A stretch of DNA of 64,000 bases, taken from assembly GCA_030141605.1 (NCBI GenBank), contig JAQGDQ010000002.1, forward strand, positions 248,001 through 312,000, given 5' to 3'. Shown in pieces: positions 59,601 to 64,000 of this stretch (its first letter is position 1; the number at the start of each line of letters is the position of its first letter). Source of the DNA: Tubiluchus corallicola. Lineage: Eukaryota; Animalia; Priapulida. The notes beneath the pieces are model-generated. The model was given only the letters and a program-made list of their open reading frames with translations, had not been told where the DNA came from and made no database searches. Both the position numbers and the translations under genes were made by a program.

Positions 59601-61524
59601 ATTTTATAGATTTAAATTAGTTTATAAAAATTCAAGTTAATTAAACTTTTGAATTGTAAACACAGTAAGGTATACTTGATAAAACTATGCAATTCAGTAA
59701 TAATGCATTTATGACATAACTACAGTGGAGTATCAAAAATGGTGTAAATTCGCTTCACCTCTTTCAACAAAAATAGCGATAAATGTATACAAACTTACTT
59801 TATAGCCACAACCTTCTTCTGCATTCTAAGATCGGTTGGTGCCTGCGAACAAGAAAATGTTTAGGTGGACAAACTGAGGTTTAACTGTCAGGACTATTCA
59901 AAGATAAACTTACAGACTGCCGCATCGGATTCTGATGAACAACTTAAAAAACTCTTCCTGAATAATTAACTAATCACAGGACTTCTTGGAAACTGATTCA
60001 CTCTAGATTTGTAAGCAAATTAGAAGAGTACCAAGCAAGCAATAGACAAATGAGACAAGTGCATTGCTAAATTATAAAACAGTGTTGATATGAAGCCCTG
60101 TAATAATCAGGAAAGTAATTAAATCTGATTTATTAACAATTACCATTGATCTAAATCGGATAGTTTCCACTTTTCCATATTCTTTGAATACGTTTTTCAC
60201 ATCCTAAAATGAGAACATTATTGTATAGGACATCTGTGAAAATTGTAGAAATCGAAAATAGAAGCATATCTTTTTGATTAAATTGTGTTGAAGCTTTCCT
60301 TACCTTTTTAGTAATATGTTTTGGTAAATTTCCTACAAAAAGAGTTCTTCTATTTTGAATGCGATGCTCTATTAACTGCGCTTTTGTTTTGCATTTCTTA
60401 TGATTTGTAGGTTGTTCAATTTCATCCTGGTCCTTTTGTTGGAAAGAGCTTGGCTTGGGTATATGCCTGACTTTTCTTGATTGGACAACAAGTTCTTCTT
60501 CTTGGCCACTGCTGTTTCTGCATTAGTGTGAGAAATGAATGGAAATTATACATAAAAACATGTTAACTGCAATTAAAAAGTGACGATCAATCAAAATAGA
60601 ACAACATCAGAAAATAATTTTAGGTCTTGGTAAGTAATGAGGTCTCGGTACACTGCACATAAAAAAGCTTAAGGATCTGTCATTTTAAAATGGATCATAA
60701 TGGAATTTACAGGATGATATTAAAACAGCTTGTAATAAAATTCTACAAGATAATTTGGCATATACAGGATGACATTAATATACACTAGATGATGTCACAC
60801 ATTTGTAAGACAGCAGTGATGATGTCACATTTTAAATAAACCCTTATTATTTTATACTAAGCCATGCACCATAATATAACATAAAATCTCATTTGCTGTT
60901 TATTGATTGATTACACACAGCATTAAATGGCAATACTTATATGCTTTCATACAACATACCTGGGCGTTTTCAAAGGTTTTGTAAATTTGTCAGATTTTGT
61001 GGCGTTACGTTTTCCAGTATTACTAGTCATCAATCTCACAGAGTTTCCTTGTCTGAAGACTTCCTACAAAACAACAACAACTACTACTACTACTTATTTA
61101 ACAACTACTGATGACAAAGATGTGAGGCGAAGATCATCACACGAAGGGAATGCATGTGACTGTTTAAGGATGAACTTAGCATTACAATTAAACCAGCAAT
61201 ACAATAATATTCCTAATAGCAAACCAAAGACTTTACTTTAGCACGCTGTACCTGCCTCCCAACGTAGACAGTCTGTAATTACTGTAACATAAGATATACA
61301 CACATGTATACATAGTATGCTAAATCGGACTTCTTCAAGCGAGTTCTAAGATTTACCTGACTATGCTTGATTTTCGTTAATAGAACTTCTCGGCAGCTAG
61401 ACGGTGAGTTGGATCTTCTCTCAAATAAAGACGCCAGTTGATTATTTCCTTCTAGACTTTCCTTTTCAATTTTACTTGCTTGAAATAGCAAAGAAGAAAT
61501 TTCCCCAACTTCGTATGCTTCCAT
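56641..61524 (-). CDS. RBM34: RNA-binding protein 34 (Nop12-like, two RRMs), 446 aa; exons 61524-61357, 61063-60960, 60517-60304, 60203-60144, 59842-59799, 59522-59335, 58662-58451, 56991-56641
   Basis: N-terminal YEVGEISSLLF. RRM1 RTLFVGNLP...FKEYGKVETIRFRS...NAYVVF. RRM2 RSVFVGNLSFDIEEETVRNHFSDCGSVQNVRLIRDRKSGIGRGFGYVLF. Basic C-terminal tail. Phases are consistent (1341 nt) with six GT-AG introns and one AT-AC intron. Confidence 0.92.
56992..58450 (-). other. U12-type (minor spliceosome) AT-AC intron, last intron of RBM34, 1459 nt
   Basis: 5' site AAA|ATATCCTTTT (starts 58450). Branch site TTTTCCTTAATC (57013-57002). 3' site ttgtttgcAC|AGC (ends 56992). The phase-0 join restores ...AVKKKK-STEAVTK. 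Confidence 0.93.
57985..58060 (-). mobile_element. Degenerate tRNA-derived SINE head
   Basis: Reverse complement has an A-box-like tagtgctgtagttg and a B-box gagttcaaatctc. No complete cloverleaf. Confidence 0.35.
59130..59197 (+). mobile_element. Degenerate tRNA-derived SINE head
   Basis: ggtagtctagcagc (A-box-like) and ggttcaaatcc (B-box) at tRNA spacing. Stems are broken, so this is not called a tRNA. Confidence 0.4.
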
Positions 61525-61671
61525 TTTGTTTGTTTATTTTTTTACCATGTGCTTCTCAAGCTCTCCCTACCGTGAACACGTGCGTCGTGTCCACGGTCGT
61601 GCGAGCGTGCAATTTTTAATTTGTAGTTTGCAGTTTATCCGTTTACTGAAAGAACTTTTCATTTATCACAG
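61525..61671. promoter_or_regulatory. Compact bidirectional promoter between RBM34 and ECH1 with extended E-box AACACGTGCG (61575-61584)
   Basis: Only 147 bp separate the divergent ATGs (61524 and 61672). CpG-rich core. Confidence 0.65.
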
Positions 61672-61864
61672 ATGCTCTGTAATACACGAAAGCTAGTTTC
61701 GAGTTTATCTCACTTTGGTAAATTTAACAATACTACTATTGTCTGTGTTTTGTGTCTTAACTTTTCACTTATCACAGATGCTCTGTAATACACGAAAGCT
61801 AGTTTCGAGTTTATCTCACTTTGGTAAATTTAACAATACTATTGTCTGTGTGATTGTGTCTTAA
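61653..61864 (+). repeat. Two-copy tandem duplication (period 106 bp) containing ECH1 coding exon 1
   Basis: The unit aacttttca(t/c)ttatcacagATGctctgtaatacacgaaagctagtttcgagtttatctcactttg|gtaaatttaacaatact...gtcttaa occurs twice. Confidence 0.95.
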
Positions 61865-62248
61865 AACTTAAGTAAAAGTGCTACTATTGTGCTAGTATGC
61901 TCTTGTTTACAATCTTTGCAATGAACAATTATCGACACCTGAGCAGTTTAACTTGCGGCGTTCTCGTGCAGTTTTTTAAACTTTCAATTAAAGGCGCACT
62001 TACAGCACCAACTGATAAAATGCTTCACGGTTAACCCATCCGAGTAGATAAATTTCCATTTTAGGTCGTATCGGACTGCTGTCAGCATCAGTTGCCCAAA
62101 TGAAAGCCAAAATGAAGTACTCGTCAGACACTCCTGCTGCATACAAGAATTTTGAAACACTTGAAGTGACTAGACCTCGCAGTTTCGTTGTACAAGTAAT
62201 GCTAAATCGACCTGAAAAACTCAATACGATGAATCCAGCTTTTTGGAA
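61672..62248 (+). CDS. ECH1: 5' part of delta(3,5)-delta(2,4)-dienoyl-CoA isomerase (crotonase family); exon 1 = 61672-61717 or its duplicate 61778-61823, exon 2 = 62065-62248; the gene probably continues past the window
   Basis: MLCNTRKLVSSLSHF-G|gtaaat joins in phase 1 to ttttag|GT RIGLLSASVAQMKAKMKYSSDTPAAYKNFETLEVTRPRSFVVQVMLNRPEKLNTMNPAFW|gtatga. This matches the ECH1 pattern VQLNRP.K.N.MN..FW. The basic, acid-free N-terminus resembles a mitochondrial presequence. Confidence 0.8.
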
Positions 62249-64000
62249 GTATGAGCAGTATTTGGCATTTAAATTAATTTTAGGATACAATAAATTAGAA
62301 TTTAGAATAGTGAATTAGACTTTATTTAAAATGCAGACCCTTAATGACTGAGTGACACTCAAAGTTGTCACTCTTTCACATCATGCATCCATGATGAGTG
62401 GCTATGCGTTTAGACTTGGTTTTTACCTATGGAAAACAAGGCCAGCCACAGAAAAATTTGTTTCTGTCTTACCTCATGAGCTCAAAAGTTGTCAGTAGGG
62501 AGGGAGGTAATAAAACTTTGGGAATGTTTAAAGCTGAATCGCGGTACAATTAAAATCAGTTGAAATCAAAGTTTGTTTAATTTTCACTGGTTACCAGCAA
62601 TGTTTTAATGCACATTTTTTCACTCTGTTTTTTTTAGTTTCGTATACCAAATTATCGTATAATCTATTATATTATTGTATAGTCTGCTTTCTGTATCATG
62701 AATGTATGTTCTGGTATTTATGGTATAAGCGGCAACACTACTCGTCCATTAATACACTGATTTGGCAAAAAAAATGTTATACTTTTTAGTTCGATTACAG
62801 TGGGATATACAAAACAGCAACCCTAGCCGAAAGTTAGCCGTAAGAAACATAGCTGCGTCCTGTGTTCCCTAAAGAACGATGTTGTAATCATTGCATTTTG
62901 TTTTAAATTACAAAAAATATGCTTTTATGTGAGTGTATGTGAGTATATCAAGTAAGTGTATGAACTTCCAAAAAGAATTATAAAACTCCCAGCCGGGTGT
63001 GCGATAAAAAATATTACCTTGGCTATTAGACGGACACAGAAGTATTTTTACTATCTGCTCAGAGTTTGCAACAAAAGACTGTAATTGAGTAAAACCCCAT
63101 CTCGAAAAGGTTGAGTTGGGGGTTGTCAGTCACGTGTGTCTAGACTATCGGGAAAGTGTTTCACTCACTCTCTTTCATGACAAATCATCGGGTATGCCTG
63201 GTCTAGTGGTCATAATTGCATATTGTCGCTGTTTGAAAAGTATATTGTAAAATTGCTCTGGAAAATTCAGCATTTAAAATGTGCAAAATGCGTCAAAAGG
63301 GTTGATATGAGAGCTTTTCAGAAGGACAGAAAAGTGCAAACAGTTTGAATCTTATCTATATAGTTGGATAGTCTGAAAAATAAATGTCCTTTCGACTGTG
63401 TAAATATTGATCTTTAAATAACTAGTGCATGACCTTTGAATTTTTACTATCTGTGGAAGAGGTATTTATATGTATAAATTATAGTTATAGTTATTTTTAC
63501 AAATGTAGAAAAATTTAATTAACACTTTTGAATGCTACATTAATTGTGTATGCAACATCTTATGTGATTTAGTCCATTCTGCATTTGCCACTAATATAAT
63601 GATATCCATATTTGGCGTCAAATATATGACAAACTCACCTAAATTAAATTAAATGTTGCAAACATATTCGCTTCAGTAACTTTTGCAAGACGGATTGCAT
63701 CATTCATTATTAAAAAAGAGGAAGAATGTCAGATAGTGTCTCTTTGATTGTGTAGATGCTTAATGATGATAAATTGTAAAAACAAATTCTGCCAAAGATC
63801 ATGATGTTTCTAGTATTTTATGAAACAGCACTTATAGTGATTCTTGCAAAGCCAACTGCTGACTTCTTAAAAATTTGTTCCAGCTTGCATGCAGGACAGG
63901 TGAAGCAACTTCATTAGAAAGGTAGAAAGAGTTGTGAAGCCCAATATTAGTCAGCTTTTTAATTTTGATAGTTTTGTGTGTCATATAACGAGCATTGCTA

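Noticed and set aside
62020-62064. Alternative ECH1 start ATGCTTCACG|gt with a 35-nt intron
   Set aside because: The intron is implausibly short and the donor weak; the duplicated upstream exon fits better.

Overview
AT-rich animal (invertebrate-like) nuclear DNA with intron-rich genes; the species cannot be identified from the sequence alone. I reconstructed five genes by hand from splice sites and exon phase. (1) A RERG/RASL11/RASL12-type Ras GTPase (+) with a 26.7 kb first intron full of decayed LINEs, MITEs and SINEs. (2) A 9-exon stand-alone cysteine synthase of the fungal Cys11/CysB type with a probable mitochondrial presequence (-). (3) AHSA1 (+). (4) RBM34 (-), whose last intron is a minor-spliceosome (U12) AT-AC intron. 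(5) The 5' end of ECH1 (+), whose first coding exon is tandemly duplicated and lies 147 bp head-to-head with RBM34. Mobile DNA includes an hAT element with an 8-bp TSD, a Tigger/pogo element with a TA TSD, a mariner-like remnant, LINE fragments and a 5S-rRNA-derived SINE-like family. Most ORFs in the supplied track are spurious. I found no prokaryote-type system or CRISPR array. All coordinates were read by eye and no database search was run.
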